Source of the DNA: an uncultured Acidobacteriota bacterium
Lineage (GTDB): Bacteria; Acidobacteriota; Blastocatellia; RBC074
Assembly (NCBI GenBank): GCA_963796275.1
Contig: CAWCKY010000004.1
Span: 288,001 to 352,000 of the forward strand
Direction: 5' to 3'
Length of the DNA stretch: 64,000 nt
Position numbers and translations under genes: made by a program. Under the pieces are notes generated by a model that had not been told where the DNA came from, ran no database searches, and saw only the letters and a list, made by a program, of their open reading frames with translations. Below, in pieces: positions 50,090 through 61,043 of this stretch (its first letter is position 1; every line of letters begins with the position of its first letter).

Positions 50090-50551
50090 TTACGGCGAGG
50101 AAATAGCCTCTCTATACAATCTGCCTCGTTCAAGAATCATTTCCGGATCAAGCCCCGCCAGCTCGTTGAGAAACTGATCGGTTCTCTCAGGTGAAATCAA
50201 TAGCAATGAGGTTCCGTCCCAATCTTTATACGCAATCTCAAGTCTGTCCATCGAGAGGGCAGGCGAGGCGATCCAGTTCCTCGATGGGTAAACTGCAAGA
50301 ATATTCTGAAGCGGAATCATCCAATGCTGATATCCCCCTCGAACGTGTAGATTGTATCCATCAATAGTGTAGCTGACAGGAGTAGTCAGTAATATGGGAA
50401 TCAGGCTCGCAAACATAATCACAAGCCCAATCGACCGTAGCCAGATTTCCGGCGTGAACAGAATCAAAGCAGCGCCGGCAAATACGGTAGCCAGCATCGA
50501 TCCCAAAATCACAACTAAAATCCATGTATCTTTCTTTGATTTGTAGGTCAT
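50090..50551 (-). CDS. Bacterial PH-domain membrane protein
   Basis: YKSKKD.W, two TMs, SPALS.DRLEI.Y, LISP....F. GGAGG before 50551. Confidence 0.8.
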   Translation of the reverse strand: MTYKSKKDTWILVVILGSMLATVFAGAALILFTPEIWLRSIGLVIMFASLIPILLTTPVSYTIDGYNLHVRGGYQHWMIPLQNILAVYPSRNWIASPALSMDRLEIAYKDWDGTSLLLISPERTDQFLNELAGLDPEMILERGRLYREAISSP

Positions 50552-50722
50552 AAAGTCCCTCCAAAGTGCCGTACGGGAGCGTAAGAGACCTGTGCCTTGA
50601 TCAATGTTCCATTCCCGGATGGTATGGGCCACTTGAGGATAGAACGAGGCGTTAACTCACCTTCATCAGTTACGTCTTCCCTGGGAGAACTCTTTCGGTT
50701 GAAGAGGCGTCGTCGTTTGGCT

Positions 50723-51121
50723 CTACCGTGACACAAGCGAAAGCATATTCGCGTCGCGCGCCAGCAACCATCTGCCTCCTTGTTTCTTGAGGATGGAAAG
50801 CGTATTCCCCGTACGGGTCATCGGCGAACCTCCTTCCGGCGGAGTAATCACGACCGTTAGTTTAGTCCACATATACGCCCAGTCTCCGAGGACCTGAATC
50901 TCTTGAATTTCGCTCTTGCCGTCGATGCTAGGTCGACCTTGACCTGACAGAGCCTGCAGCGCAGCCGCGAATGCCGATTTACCGATCATTGGCGGTTGGC
51001 CGGTCACCAGAAAAACGACATCATCAGCCATCAAGCTGAGGACCCTATCTGCGTCACCCGCCTTCGACGCTTCCATCCAGGTTGTCACTAACCGACGTAT
51101 CTCTTGTTCGTCGCTTTGCAT
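50723..51121 (-). CDS. SgcJ/EcaC-like (DUF4440, NTF2-like) protein
   Basis: DEQEIR.LV..W..A..AGD, GDWAY, WLLARDAN. AGGAG before 51121. Confidence 0.85.
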   Translation of the reverse strand: MQSDEQEIRRLVTTWMEASKAGDADRVLSLMADDVVFLVTGQPPMIGKSAFAAALQALSGQGRPSIDGKSEIQEIQVLGDWAYMWTKLTVVITPPEGGSPMTRTGNTLSILKKQGGRWLLARDANMLSLVSR

Positions 51122-51369
51122 TGAATTCTCCTTGCAGTAATCCCTTACGAACATGTGCGAACTAAATCGACCCAGACAACATCGGGACATATGCCCCTCA
51201 AACCAGCACTCTGCCGCATGACCACCGCTTCATCCCGGTCGATACGTTATTCGAATGGGAAATCATGAATGAAGAGGCTGGAAGAGGCTAATGCCAATAC
51301 CCAATATCCGAGAGGACTGAATTTGAAGCCAGGCTGAGATGATTCTTCAGGTAACCATATATATTTCGA

Positions 51370-52767
51370 TCACAACGCTCCATCACTCCATGGCCCCCAG
51401 ACCGCGAATGTCAATCCAGGCGTTTGAATATTGATGAACAACGTCCGGCCATCGGGGCTGAAGGTAGCGCCCGCAAACTCCCTCATTTCAAACCCCGGCA
51501 CAATATTGCGCGCGAAATCGAAAATTTTGCCTTCCGGAGTCAGTCCGCGCACGAATTGTTCGCCGCCGCCGTCTTCGCAAATCACCAGTCCGCCGCGCGG
51601 GCTCACGCAGAGATTATCCGGGCCATCGAGGAGCTGGGCATCGGCTGATTCGAACAACAGCGTCAACACACCGTCATTATTGCTCAGCGGCGTGTACCGC
51701 CAGACCTGCCCGCGCCGCTGGTCCCCGCCGCTGGTGGCCGTAAAGAATATGCTGCCATTGCCATACCAGCATCCCTCGAGGCGAGCGAAGGTAGCCCCTC
51801 CCTTACCCAGACCCTGGCCGTACACGCTCGATCCATCCGCCGCGGCATCGGCCGGATCTGGGTCATCAATATCGATCCAGACCGCATTGAACTTCGTGCC
51901 AGCCTTTTGCCCCGAACGAGTATCGTATTTTGGATTGTCTTTTATCGCGAGCATCTGAAGCCGCCCGCCCTTGCTCAACTTCCCTTTCGTAATAGGAATG
52001 AAGCGGTAAAAGCCTGCCGACCCTCTGTCCTCCGTTTCATAAACGATGCCGGTTTGCGGATCGACCGCAATTGCCTCGTGAACGAATCGCCCCATCGCTT
52101 TGAGCGGCTCCGCCTTCTTCAAATCGTTGTTTGCGGCGAAGACTTCAAAACAATACCCGTGGTTTTTGGTGAAACCGCCCCGATCGCTCCCCTGGGGGTC
52201 TTTGAATTTTTCAGTGCCGAGCAGAGTCTCCTCACAACTGACCCACGATCCCCACGGTGTCGGGCCACCGGCGCAGTTCTGCAATGTCCCGCTCAGACTG
52301 ATGAAGTGCCGTTTCAGCTCGCGCGTCTCACTATCGATCACGAGCGTCGACGTTCCGCCTCCAGCCATCGGATCGTACGACTTGGCGGGATTACCGATCG
52401 CCACGTCCAGCTTACCCGATTGGTTGTTGATCTCGTGATTGCGGATCAGCCGGAGTTCACCGTTGATGTTGAAGGCGGCCATCCCGTCGTGCGCGCGCGG
52501 CGTCTGGTTTCCATCGGACATCTTTTCGCCGGTCTTTCCGAAAACTGCATATCTAAATCCCTCCGGCAGGGCGAGCAGCATCTCCCCGGAATTATGGGTC
52601 GGCGTCGAACGCAATACCCCATACGCTCCGTTGCCTCTCGTGGCTATCAAGTCCGCATGATTACCACTCCCGAATACCTCCCCGCGCGCGACCAACCTCT
52701 GCATCGCGAGAGCCGCACTCGCAGACAGCGAGAGAAAACTGCGACGATCAAATCGTCTCATTGACAT
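51370..52767 (-). CDS. phoX: PhoX-family (DUF839) alkaline phosphatase, Tat-exported
   Basis: DRRSFL, HDGM, NHE, NCAGG.TPWG.W.SCEE, GRF.HEA, PDN, CED. Confidence 0.85.
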   Translation of the reverse strand: MSMRRFDRRSFLSLSASAALAMQRLVARGEVFGSGNHADLIATRGNGAYGVLRSTPTHNSGEMLLALPEGFRYAVFGKTGEKMSDGNQTPRAHDGMAAFNINGELRLIRNHEINNQSGKLDVAIGNPAKSYDPMAGGGTSTLVIDSETRELKRHFISLSGTLQNCAGGPTPWGSWVSCEETLLGTEKFKDPQGSDRGGFTKNHGYCFEVFAANNDLKKAEPLKAMGRFVHEAIAVDPQTGIVYETEDRGSAGFYRFIPITKGKLSKGGRLQMLAIKDNPKYDTRSGQKAGTKFNAVWIDIDDPDPADAAADGSSVYGQGLGKGGATFARLEGCWYGNGSIFFTATSGGDQRRGQVWRYTPLSNNDGVLTLLFESADAQLLDGPDNLCVSPRGGLVICEDGGGEQFVRGLTPEGKIFDFARNIVPGFEMREFAGATFSPDGRTLFINIQTPGLTFAVWGPWSDGAL

Positions 52768-52933
52768 CCCTTTCAAAGGTGAATAGAAATTGGGATCCAA
52801 CAAGACAAAATAATTAGAGTCATGCGCTCAGAGTTCAATCGGTAAAGACCGTCTGAAGACGGAACTCCATGCGATTTCCATTCAATCTTGTCTTGTTGCA
52901 CCTGGTTGTTCGTTTGTTTCGCTATTCTTCTAT

Positions 52934-55105
52934 TCAGTTTTGCACCGTATTTCCCGCCGTCTCTCCGCCGAGCCACCGCTTCAACCATGCATGCACCTCT
53001 CGGTAGAAGAACCTGCTGTTCTCGCCCTTCAAAATCCAATGGTTCTCCTCGGGGAAAACTATAAGCTTGCTCGGAATACGCAGGCGCTGGAGAACGCTCC
53101 AGTTTTCGATCGAATTATTCAACGGCACGCGAAAATCATTCTCGCCGATCGTGATCAGCATGGGAGTGCGGAATTTGGAGGCGAACCGAATTGGATTCTG
53201 CTCGCGCCAAGTCGGCCCCTGTTCCCACACCGGGCCGCCATTATTGACCTCGCGCGAATAGATAGTGTCGCTGGTACCCCATTGTGATTCGAGATTGATC
53301 AACCCGGCATGACTGATCAGGCATTTATACCTGGTCGTCGTTGCCTGCAGCCAATTGGCCAGATGCCCGCCATAACTCGCGCCGCCCGCGGCCTGCCGCG
53401 ATCCATCGATGAACTTGAACTGTTTGATCGCTTCATCCGCGGCTTCATTGAGCTCATCGCCCGGTCCTTTTAGCGGGTCGCCCTGAATCTCTTGAGCGAA
53501 TTTCTCACCGTATCCGGTTGAACCGGTGTAGTCCGTCATCAAAATTACATAACCGGGTTGCGCCAGCAAGTGATAGTTCCAGCGCAAAAAGAACTGGTCG
53601 CGCGTCATCGTGTGAGGCCCTCCGTGGATGAAGACGAAGAGCGGATATTTTTTATTCTCGTCAAATTTTGGCGGCAGCGCAATGAGGCTGTGAATCTTCT
53701 TTCCGCGCTTGCTGGTAAACCAGAAATGCCGCAACGGCTGCCAGTCGATCTGCGCAATGCGTTCCGCATTGAAGTCGCTGAGAGCTTTCTGCGATTTGGA
53801 TTTGAGATCGATGCGTACGACCTCGGCGGGATTTACCGCGCTCTCCCAATTGGCGAATAAGGCCGTTGTCGATGCGTTCTCTGGAATTGCGAGGTTTGTG
53901 TAAACGCCGAGCGTCGTATCCATAACCGGGGTCACCTGGCCGCCGGCTGCCGCCACCGTATATAACTTTTCGTGGCCTGCATCTTCGGCCAGAAGGTAGA
54001 TCGTTTTACTGTCAGGCGTAATCGCAAAACCCGATGGCACGCGGTCGAAGTTCTCCGTGATGATCTTGCGGTTTCCCAAGGTGGGGTAGCCGAAGCTGAC
54101 GATCCGATTCAGGTTATATACCTTATCAGTATCCTGACTGAACATGGAGTAAAGAGTCTTCCCATCAGGACTGAACGCCGGGCGCGAGTAGCGGTCTTTT
54201 CCCTCCGTCAGCGGCCGCGGCTCGCCTCCGGCGATCGAAACCTGATAGAGGTTTGTGTTGGTCTCCGAATAAGCGGCGGCGTTTCGATTGCTCATCGCTA
54301 CGAATATTATCGATTGTCCATCAGGCGCCCAGACCGGCTGCAGATCATCGCTGCCCGAGCCGATCGAACCTGAAAAGCCCGGTTCATTCGCCAGTTTCGT
54401 ACCGGCCAACAAATCTTTCGGCTTTGCGCCGGATTCGAGCGGTTGAGCGAAGACGTGAGTCTGCACGTCTTCGATCCAGCGGTCCCAGTTGCGGATCGGA
54501 AACGACTCGTAGACGCGTGCGCGATACTTACGAGCCTTCCGTTCAGTGGCGGTTCTTTTGTTCTCTTCGTCGTTCATCGCGCCGGGGTAGACCGAGCTTG
54601 AGAAAAGTATCTTTTTGCCATCGGGGCTGAACTGAGGTCCGCGCGCGCCGGTCGATAAGCTGGTCGCCCTCGTAGCCTCACCACCCGAGATATCGAGAAC
54701 GTAGATCTGGTTGACTTCGTCGCCTTCGCGTTTTGTCGAAAATGCTATATGGCGAGAATCGGGGCTCCAGGTCGTTCCGCTCTCCGCGCCTTTGCTGCCG
54801 GTCAGCCGGCGCGGCTTCGCGCTCCCGTCGGCGGGCACGGCCCACAAGTCGGAACTCTGATCTTTTTCGTCATATGCCGGTTCGATGACGGTGAAAATTA
54901 CCCACTTGCCATCGGGGCTGGGGACGGGCGCGCCGACGCGTTTCATGAGCCAGACGTCTTCGTGCGTGATCGGCCGCTTGCCGATCGATGTCTGGGCGTC
55001 TGATCGATAGGCCGGAACACACAAGGCGATCAAAATAACGGCAGAGAGGAATGAAACTCGCAGGAATGAAGGGCGATGGGTTTTATAAATGGAAGATGAA
55101 GGCAT
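52934..55105 (-). CDS. S9-family peptidase with TolB-like propeller
   Basis: SPDG repeats, IHGGP, nucleophile motif GASYGG, DFRVP, ENHW. Start MPSSS at 55105. Confidence 0.93.
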   Translation of the reverse strand: MPSSSIYKTHRPSFLRVSFLSAVILIALCVPAYRSDAQTSIGKRPITHEDVWLMKRVGAPVPSPDGKWVIFTVIEPAYDEKDQSSDLWAVPADGSAKPRRLTGSKGAESGTTWSPDSRHIAFSTKREGDEVNQIYVLDISGGEATRATSLSTGARGPQFSPDGKKILFSSSVYPGAMNDEENKRTATERKARKYRARVYESFPIRNWDRWIEDVQTHVFAQPLESGAKPKDLLAGTKLANEPGFSGSIGSGSDDLQPVWAPDGQSIIFVAMSNRNAAAYSETNTNLYQVSIAGGEPRPLTEGKDRYSRPAFSPDGKTLYSMFSQDTDKVYNLNRIVSFGYPTLGNRKIITENFDRVPSGFAITPDSKTIYLLAEDAGHEKLYTVAAAGGQVTPVMDTTLGVYTNLAIPENASTTALFANWESAVNPAEVVRIDLKSKSQKALSDFNAERIAQIDWQPLRHFWFTSKRGKKIHSLIALPPKFDENKKYPLFVFIHGGPHTMTRDQFFLRWNYHLLAQPGYVILMTDYTGSTGYGEKFAQEIQGDPLKGPGDELNEAADEAIKQFKFIDGSRQAAGGASYGGHLANWLQATTTRYKCLISHAGLINLESQWGTSDTIYSREVNNGGPVWEQGPTWREQNPIRFASKFRTPMLITIGENDFRVPLNNSIENWSVLQRLRIPSKLIVFPEENHWILKGENSRFFYREVHAWLKRWLGGETAGNTVQN

Positions 55106-55218
55106 TTTTTTATTCCTCAGAAAATCAGTTGACACTTGGAGTCTTGCAGTCGGCAATCGGCATTTCGCCAACATTCTCGTCACGGTTCAAACGAAAACCC
55201 AACCGCCAACTGATTCAA

Positions 55219-56523
55219 TTACTTGGTCACTCGCTTACCGATACAATACAGATGTCCGCCAGTGCGGATGAATATCTGCCCGTCAGAGATCGCGGGAGAA
55301 CTCAGGCAGTAATCGTTCAGCGCATTTTCGGCCAGAACTTGAAACTGCGGGCCCGCTTTGATGACTGTCGTCAACCCGTCTTCGTTGGAAGCATAAATCT
55401 TGCCATCCGCCATAACCGGAGATGAACTGTATGTGCCCGACTTGAGGCGCTGTGGCGGGTAAATATCTTTTCCCGTCTTGGCGTCGAGACACATGAATAC
55501 GCCGTTATCGCGCACGATGTAAATGTACTTGCCGTCAGTAACCGGTGTCGGAACATCAGGTCCGTTTTCTATAACCCATGCTCGATGAGAGTCGGTGATG
55601 TCGCCTCGTCCGCCGGCACGCAATGCTAGATATGGTTTGTATTTGCTTCCCGCATAGATCATCCCATCGGCGACGACCGGAGAATTAACGATCCGATAGA
55701 AACCGTCGTTAGCGGGGTTCAAACCATTCGCTCGCCACAGCTCTTTGCCAGTCGCCAGATCGTGTCCCGTCACGCAATCTCCGCCGCTGATGATTAATTC
55801 CGTGCTGTTGTTGTACTTGAGTATGACGGGCGTTATGTATGAGTCAGGCGATTCCTGCCTGGCCTGTGTCGGACGCTCGACGCGCCAGACCGTTTTACCG
55901 CTGGCCTTGTTGATGCGCAATATATAAGAAGGATCGTCAGTCTTCATCCCGTGCAGCACGGGAATGTAGAGCGAATCACCATAAAGCAAGGGAGACGATG
56001 CGTAACCCCAATTCAAACCGAACTTGCCGTAATCTTTTTGAATATCCCGCGACCAGGACTCGTTTCCTTTGAAATCGAAACTCTTTAACATCCCCGTCCC
56101 GGTGAGCACCCATACTCGATTTCCGTCGGTTACCGGAGAGGGCGAGGACATATTCTGCTTGCGCATCACTACATCGCCGCTACCCAGCGGTTTCTTCCAG
56201 AGCACCATGCCCTTCGCGCGATCCAGGCACCAGAGGTATAGATCGCCGGCAACCGATTTCCTCCCTCCTTGACCTCCTCCGGAGGTATTAATGAATATAT
56301 AATTTCCCCAGATGATCGGCGTCGACCCGCTCCACGCGGGCAACTCGAGTTTCCAGGTAATATTCTCTTCCGTGGTCCATTTGACGGGCAGATTCTTCTC
56401 GTTACTGATCCCGTTGAGCAACGGGCCGCGCCACTGCGGCCAGTTCTCTGCGGAAACGAGAGAGATAGCGGGGGCTGATAACAAAATTATGGTGATCAAT
56501 CCGAGCGAAAGTTTACGGCACAT
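55219..56523 (-). CDS. PQQ-like beta-propeller repeat protein (BamB-like)
   Basis: Signal peptide, NWPQWRGP, repeated SSP.....G and G...W motifs. Confidence 0.88.
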   Translation of the reverse strand: MCRKLSLGLITIILLSAPAISLVSAENWPQWRGPLLNGISNEKNLPVKWTTEENITWKLELPAWSGSTPIIWGNYIFINTSGGGQGGRKSVAGDLYLWCLDRAKGMVLWKKPLGSGDVVMRKQNMSSPSPVTDGNRVWVLTGTGMLKSFDFKGNESWSRDIQKDYGKFGLNWGYASSPLLYGDSLYIPVLHGMKTDDPSYILRINKASGKTVWRVERPTQARQESPDSYITPVILKYNNSTELIISGGDCVTGHDLATGKELWRANGLNPANDGFYRIVNSPVVADGMIYAGSKYKPYLALRAGGRGDITDSHRAWVIENGPDVPTPVTDGKYIYIVRDNGVFMCLDAKTGKDIYPPQRLKSGTYSSSPVMADGKIYASNEDGLTTVIKAGPQFQVLAENALNDYCLSSPAISDGQIFIRTGGHLYCIGKRVTK

Positions 56524-56930
56524 TTATCTTCTCCCCTCATACTGCCGGTGGCGTCTGCCCTACCAACAGTGACTATTTGTCATAAGGCCTCATATCAGCA
56601 TTATGAACAACCCAGTTAAAGAAAATCAGGTGAACTTCGTGAAAAGCTATTGCAGGATATCTTTATGATGGTAGAACATTATTTCTTAAAGTAGAAGGGA
56701 ATAGGATATAAGGGAAGAGGATATATAGGAGAACCCGGAAGCAGAACCCTCGATAGTGGTTATACGCTCGGGGTGCGATGAAGAAGATGTAAATTTCGTA
56801 CATGAGGCCGGGTTATGACTGGCCTGGCAAGTGACTGGAAAGTCCGATCCGGATCAAGGCACTCTATAAGATGAAATGATATACCAACCTATTTCGTAAA
56901 TCTCATACAACTGATTTAGTCAATAGGACA

Positions 56931-58253
56931 ATGACAAATGTGATATACAACCAGCTCTTCCAAATCCTTTCAATCACGCAAGCCGCCCTCAGAGAGAGTG
57001 AGGATCGGCTCGCCGCGTTAAACGAGGCTTCGCTGAAAAGCGAGGAGCATTATCGCGCCCTCATCGAGCGAAGCTGGGATGGAGTGCTCCTGCTTACATC
57101 GACTGGGGTAATCACTTACGCCAGCCCCTCCACCCATCGCATTCTCGGTCACAAGGGCGACGATTTGATCATTCAAAATGCATTCGCGCTCATGCATCCG
57201 GAAGATTCGCCCCGCATCCTTCCACAATTCCAACTTCTCCTTTCCAGACCCGAGGAGACTATGACTGCTGAGTTCCGTTATCAGCATATAGATAGCTCAT
57301 GGCGCTGGTTGGAATGTACGGCGACCAATCTGCTTGAAAACCCGAACGTGCAAGCGCTGGTCATCAATTATCGCGACATTACCGAACGCAAGTCGAACGA
57401 AGATGCATTGAGGCAAGCGCGCGACGAACTCGAGCAGAGGGTTTTCGAAAGAACCGCCGAGTTGGTCGCCGCCAATGAATCGCTGATCGAGCAGATCGCC
57501 GAACGCAACCGCACCGAGGCCGAACTTCAGCGCCTCTCACACAGGCTGGTCGAGGTCCAGGAACAGGAGCGACGCGCTATCGCACGCGAGCTGCACGATG
57601 AGATCGGCCAGATATTGACCGGGCTCAAGATGACGCTCGAATTCACGCGACGGCTGCCGGCGGAAGCCGCCAGCGATGGTTTCGATCGCGTCTACCGGCA
57701 GGTCAATGATCTGCTGGCCCACGTGCGTAACCTATCGCTCGATCTCCGCCCCGCTATGCTCGATGATTTGGGCCTGCTCCCTGCAATCTTCTGGCATATC
57801 GACCGCTATACCTCGCAAACCGAGGTAAAGGTCAATTTCATTCACTCGGGTATAGACGGACGCTACGCGCCGGAGGTCGAGACGGCTATCTATCGTATCG
57901 TGCAAGAGGCCTTGACCAATGTGGCGCGCCACAGCCAAGTCAAGCAGGTTAAAGTCCTGCTTTGGGCTAACACGGAAACCATCAATGTTCAGATCGAGGA
58001 TCAGGGCGTCGGCTTTAATCCGGAATCGGTTTTCGCCGCGGGCAGATCGAACGGCCTGACAGGCATGCGCGAACGCGCTGCGCTCCTCGGTGGACGATTG
58101 GCTATCGAGTCAGCGCCCGGATCCGGCATGTGCGTGACCGCCGAATTGCCGCTCGCCCGATCAACTAGGGAACCGCAACAACAACCTCGTTGGCGCGCAC
58201 GAGACGCAGCTGATCCTGCGCCACTTGTGCCGCCACCCGCGGATCGTTCCTGA
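56931..58253 (+). CDS. PAS-domain sensor histidine kinase (HisKA_3, NarX/UhpB type)
   Basis: PAS (HPED...DITERK), ERRAIARELHDEIGQ, QEALTNVARH, D.G.GF, GL.GMRER. Confidence 0.92.
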   Translation: MTNVIYNQLFQILSITQAALRESEDRLAALNEASLKSEEHYRALIERSWDGVLLLTSTGVITYASPSTHRILGHKGDDLIIQNAFALMHPEDSPRILPQFQLLLSRPEETMTAEFRYQHIDSSWRWLECTATNLLENPNVQALVINYRDITERKSNEDALRQARDELEQRVFERTAELVAANESLIEQIAERNRTEAELQRLSHRLVEVQEQERRAIARELHDEIGQILTGLKMTLEFTRRLPAEAASDGFDRVYRQVNDLLAHVRNLSLDLRPAMLDDLGLLPAIFWHIDRYTSQTEVKVNFIHSGIDGRYAPEVETAIYRIVQEALTNVARHSQVKQVKVLLWANTETINVQIEDQGVGFNPESVFAAGRSNGLTGMRERAALLGGRLAIESAPGSGMCVTAELPLARSTREPQQQPRWRARDAADPAPLVPPPADRS

Positions 58254-58542
58254 TCCTCCCCGTCCGCTCCTTGACATCCAGCTGTATCCCTCTCGCTATC
58301 TCAACCCTGCTCTGAGTGTAAATATAAGCGGCCCTCGCCTCCCGTTCCTGCTCCTGTGAACGCATTAATGTGGAGAGTGAGAGAGCGATTAGTGTCAGAA
58401 TGACCATCGCCAGCCAGACCTGGTTGGGAATCCGGGGGACCCACCAAAAATAACGCGCAGTCGTCCTCGGCCCATAATTTAGCGCTGAGACTGTCCTCGC
58501 TGAGTATGAATTACTGATTCGTTTCAAAGCGATACCTCCCAT
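58165..58542 (-). CDS. FtsL/DivIC-like bitopic coiled-coil protein
   Basis: One TM, a coiled coil, and DP......A...L.LVR.NE.V. The true start may be TTG at 58527 after GGAGG. Confidence 0.6.
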   Translation of the reverse strand: MGGIALKRISNSYSARTVSALNYGPRTTARYFWWVPRIPNQVWLAMVILTLIALSLSTLMRSQEQEREARAAYIYTQSRVEIARGIQLDVKERTGRIRNDPRVAAQVAQDQLRLVRANEVVVAVP

Positions 58543-58938
58543 TTTTCCATCTAATTTTTTTTGAGCTTGATATCCCAGAAAATAACATTAAACATTTACT
58601 CTGTAAAGCCTGTTTTTTCAATTATTTCACAAGTACAACCTAACGCTAAGCCTAAGGCTTTAAACAATACATTATAAACAAGTTTCAGAGAGTCGACTGA
58701 GAGTGATTGGAGTTATTTGATGAAGGAAACACAATATGTTGATGGTGTGATTTGTTTTCTACCAGATATGAGGATCATTAGATTGAAATGTATGATCATC
58801 AAGCGTTTATTACGTGATGATACAAGACAATTATAGTCGAAATTGGGAATTGGGATTAGATACGGCGCAGTAAAACTCAAATCACAAAGAACAGGAGACC
58901 GTTTTTGTGACATCGCACTTACGTGTTCTGGTTGGAGA

Positions 58939-59454
58939 TCAGGCAGCTAAAGTCTTGGTACGCGTCTTCTTACCGGCTAAAGCGTTATCGATCATTGCTT
59001 CGACTTCCTCAGCCGACAATTTGGTGACGTGGGCGATCTCCCTGATGATCAGATAGCGCGCACGCGCCATCGTCTGCTGTTCTTCCGGTGAAAGCGTCTT
59101 GCCTTTGCTGAGTTTCGACATGGTTTTAAGAGAGTCCGCAACCTCATAAATCTCCCCCGTAGCCATTCGCTCAGCGTTCTTGGCGTTGCGTTTCCGATGA
59201 TCGGTCGCCACTTCTATGTCTTTACCTAGAAATCTCAACAACTTGGGAATATCTGTCTTGTCAATCAACTTACGAACCCCGACGCCCTCAGCCTTATTCA
59301 CGGGAACAAGGATCGTCGTGCTCTCCTGAAAATCCAACGGTTTTAGTTGATACAATCTAACTGTTGATCCGTTTACATTTTGTTCGACAATACCGGATAC
59401 CCGGCATATCCCAAGTCGTGGATAAATAACCTTGTTACCTTCTCTGTAAGTCAA
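58939..59454 (-). CDS. carD: CarD-family transcriptional regulator
   Basis: G.KVIYP..G...V, VPV......GVRK, A...L..EIA. TTG start after AGGAG. Confidence 0.82.
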   Translation of the reverse strand: MTYREGNKVIYPRLGICRVSGIVEQNVNGSTVRLYQLKPLDFQESTTILVPVNKAEGVGVRKLIDKTDIPKLLRFLGKDIEVATDHRKRNAKNAERMATGEIYEVADSLKTMSKLSKGKTLSPEEQQTMARARYLIIREIAHVTKLSAEEVEAMIDNALAGKKTRTKTLAA

Positions 59455-59614
59455 GTTGGATCTCCTATCGCTCAAAATTGACCCAAGTATAGCATAAAAA
59501 CCCACTTTTGGGGGTTACTAGGTCAAATTTTCCTGCTGGATTGTTTCCAGACAGCGGATAATCCTTTTGCTTCCAGTTAAATATATTAATGCTTATGATC
59601 TGACCGATTTTATT

Positions 59615-60970
59615 TCACTTCATTCCCTTGAGTATATGAAGGCATTCGATCATAGCGCGTCCGTTATGGTAACCGGCTTTCCATGAATGAGCTTTATCGC
59701 CTTGAGGTTGGTCATCGGGTGTGATGTTGGCGTGCCATTCGCCGTTCTCCCAATCAGTCTGATATTTTTCGATAAATTTGTAAGTATTCTCGAAGACATC
59801 GAGATATTTCTGATCGCTCGTCAGGCGGAACATATAGAGTGCGCTCACTATGGCTTCGGCTTCGACCCACCATACTTTTATCAAGCGATCGGCGGGTTGG
59901 TTGAAAGAGCCGCTGTCAAAGAAACCGCCTTTCTTTGTGTCGTAGCCGTACTTCAGAGAGTAGTCGAATAAAGTGCGATAGAGATCGAGCAGCGGATAAT
60001 TCGAGATGCCGGCGGCGGCGCAGGCATCGATCAACAACCATATGTTCTCCAGATCGTGGCCGTAGGAGACGCGCGCGAATTCACCCTCCAATCTGGGAGT
60101 CCAATCGCGGTTATATTTGTCGGTGCAGGCTCCCAGGTTCTTGCGCACGACGGCATTGCTCTGGATATTTATCAATTCAATCAATCGCTCGCGCGCCAGC
60201 GGCAGCTTGCTCGCCCGGTAGAAAGTCGTCATCGCTTCAAGCAGATGGAGGTGGGTGTTCATGAGCTTGAGTCCCGGGTTCCCCCCGAGATACGGGCTCT
60301 CGCCTTTCGCTTCGCCCCACTGTGCGTCGAAGAATTCCTGGTAGCCTCCGAATTTCGCATCGTGCGCTTTCACCTCGAGCAGGTTGAAGAATTTGACGGC
60401 GAAATCGAGGACATCCTTGCGGCGAGTGGCGAGTGCATATTCCGAGACCGCATAGAGACCGAATGACTGGCCGTAGAGATGCTTACCCGTTCTCTGCTTT
60501 TTGTTTCCGGTCGCATCGACCTCCCAGTAAAACCCGCCATCCCGCGCATCCCACATCTTCTCGCGCAGAAAGCGATAGCCGTGTTCGGCCGCGTCCAGGC
60601 ATCCTTTACCGCAATAACCGGCGCGCGCTGAACGGGCGAAGAGCCAGACCGTGCGCGCCTGCGAAACGATCATCTTGACGCCCGGCCCTTTGTCTTCACC
60701 CCGCGGACCAAAGTTTATGGTGTAGCCGCCGTTGACCCGATCGATGCTCTTTTTGAGCCAGAAAGCCAGGATGTTCTCTTTCAGATTTTTCTCGAGTCGC
60801 GGGACGTAAGTTTCCGCAGGCGTTTGACCCGAAATGCGGCCGGCCGTGGTTTGCCCTATCGGAGCCAGAAACGAGAAAACGAAACAAACGAAAATAAATG
60901 AAACATACGAAAAATGACCGGAGTTTCGTCTGTTTCGTTTATCTTCGTTTGTTTCGTGTTTTTGTTTCAA
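59615..60970 (-). CDS. AGE-family epimerase (cellobiose 2-epimerase-like), apparently exported
   Basis: QAR.VW, YGQSF.LYA, MNTHLH.LEA, SYGHD.E, WWV.AE, WK..YH..R. The start is inferred at TTG 60970. Confidence 0.88.
   Translation of the reverse strand: MKQKHETNEDKRNRRNSGHFSYVSFIFVCFVFSFLAPIGQTTAGRISGQTPAETYVPRLEKNLKENILAFWLKKSIDRVNGGYTINFGPRGEDKGPGVKMIVSQARTVWLFARSARAGYCGKGCLDAAEHGYRFLREKMWDARDGGFYWEVDATGNKKQRTGKHLYGQSFGLYAVSEYALATRRKDVLDFAVKFFNLLEVKAHDAKFGGYQEFFDAQWGEAKGESPYLGGNPGLKLMNTHLHLLEAMTTFYRASKLPLARERLIELINIQSNAVVRKNLGACTDKYNRDWTPRLEGEFARVSYGHDLENIWLLIDACAAAGISNYPLLDLYRTLFDYSLKYGYDTKKGGFFDSGSFNQPADRLIKVWWVEAEAIVSALYMFRLTSDQKYLDVFENTYKFIEKYQTDWENGEWHANITPDDQPQGDKAHSWKAGYHNGRAMIECLHILKGMK
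60879..60957. repeat. Palindromic 9-mer repeat element within the 5' end of the epimerase CDS
   Basis: 34-bp arms at 60879-60912 and 60924-60957 with three mismatches, built from AAACGAAAC-like units. Confidence 0.8.
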
Positions 60971-61043
60971 TCGCGCAATGAGCCTTTCACGGCTAACCGA
61001 ATACAAACGCAAAGGGTCTCGAATTATGGCCCTTTCAGTTTCC

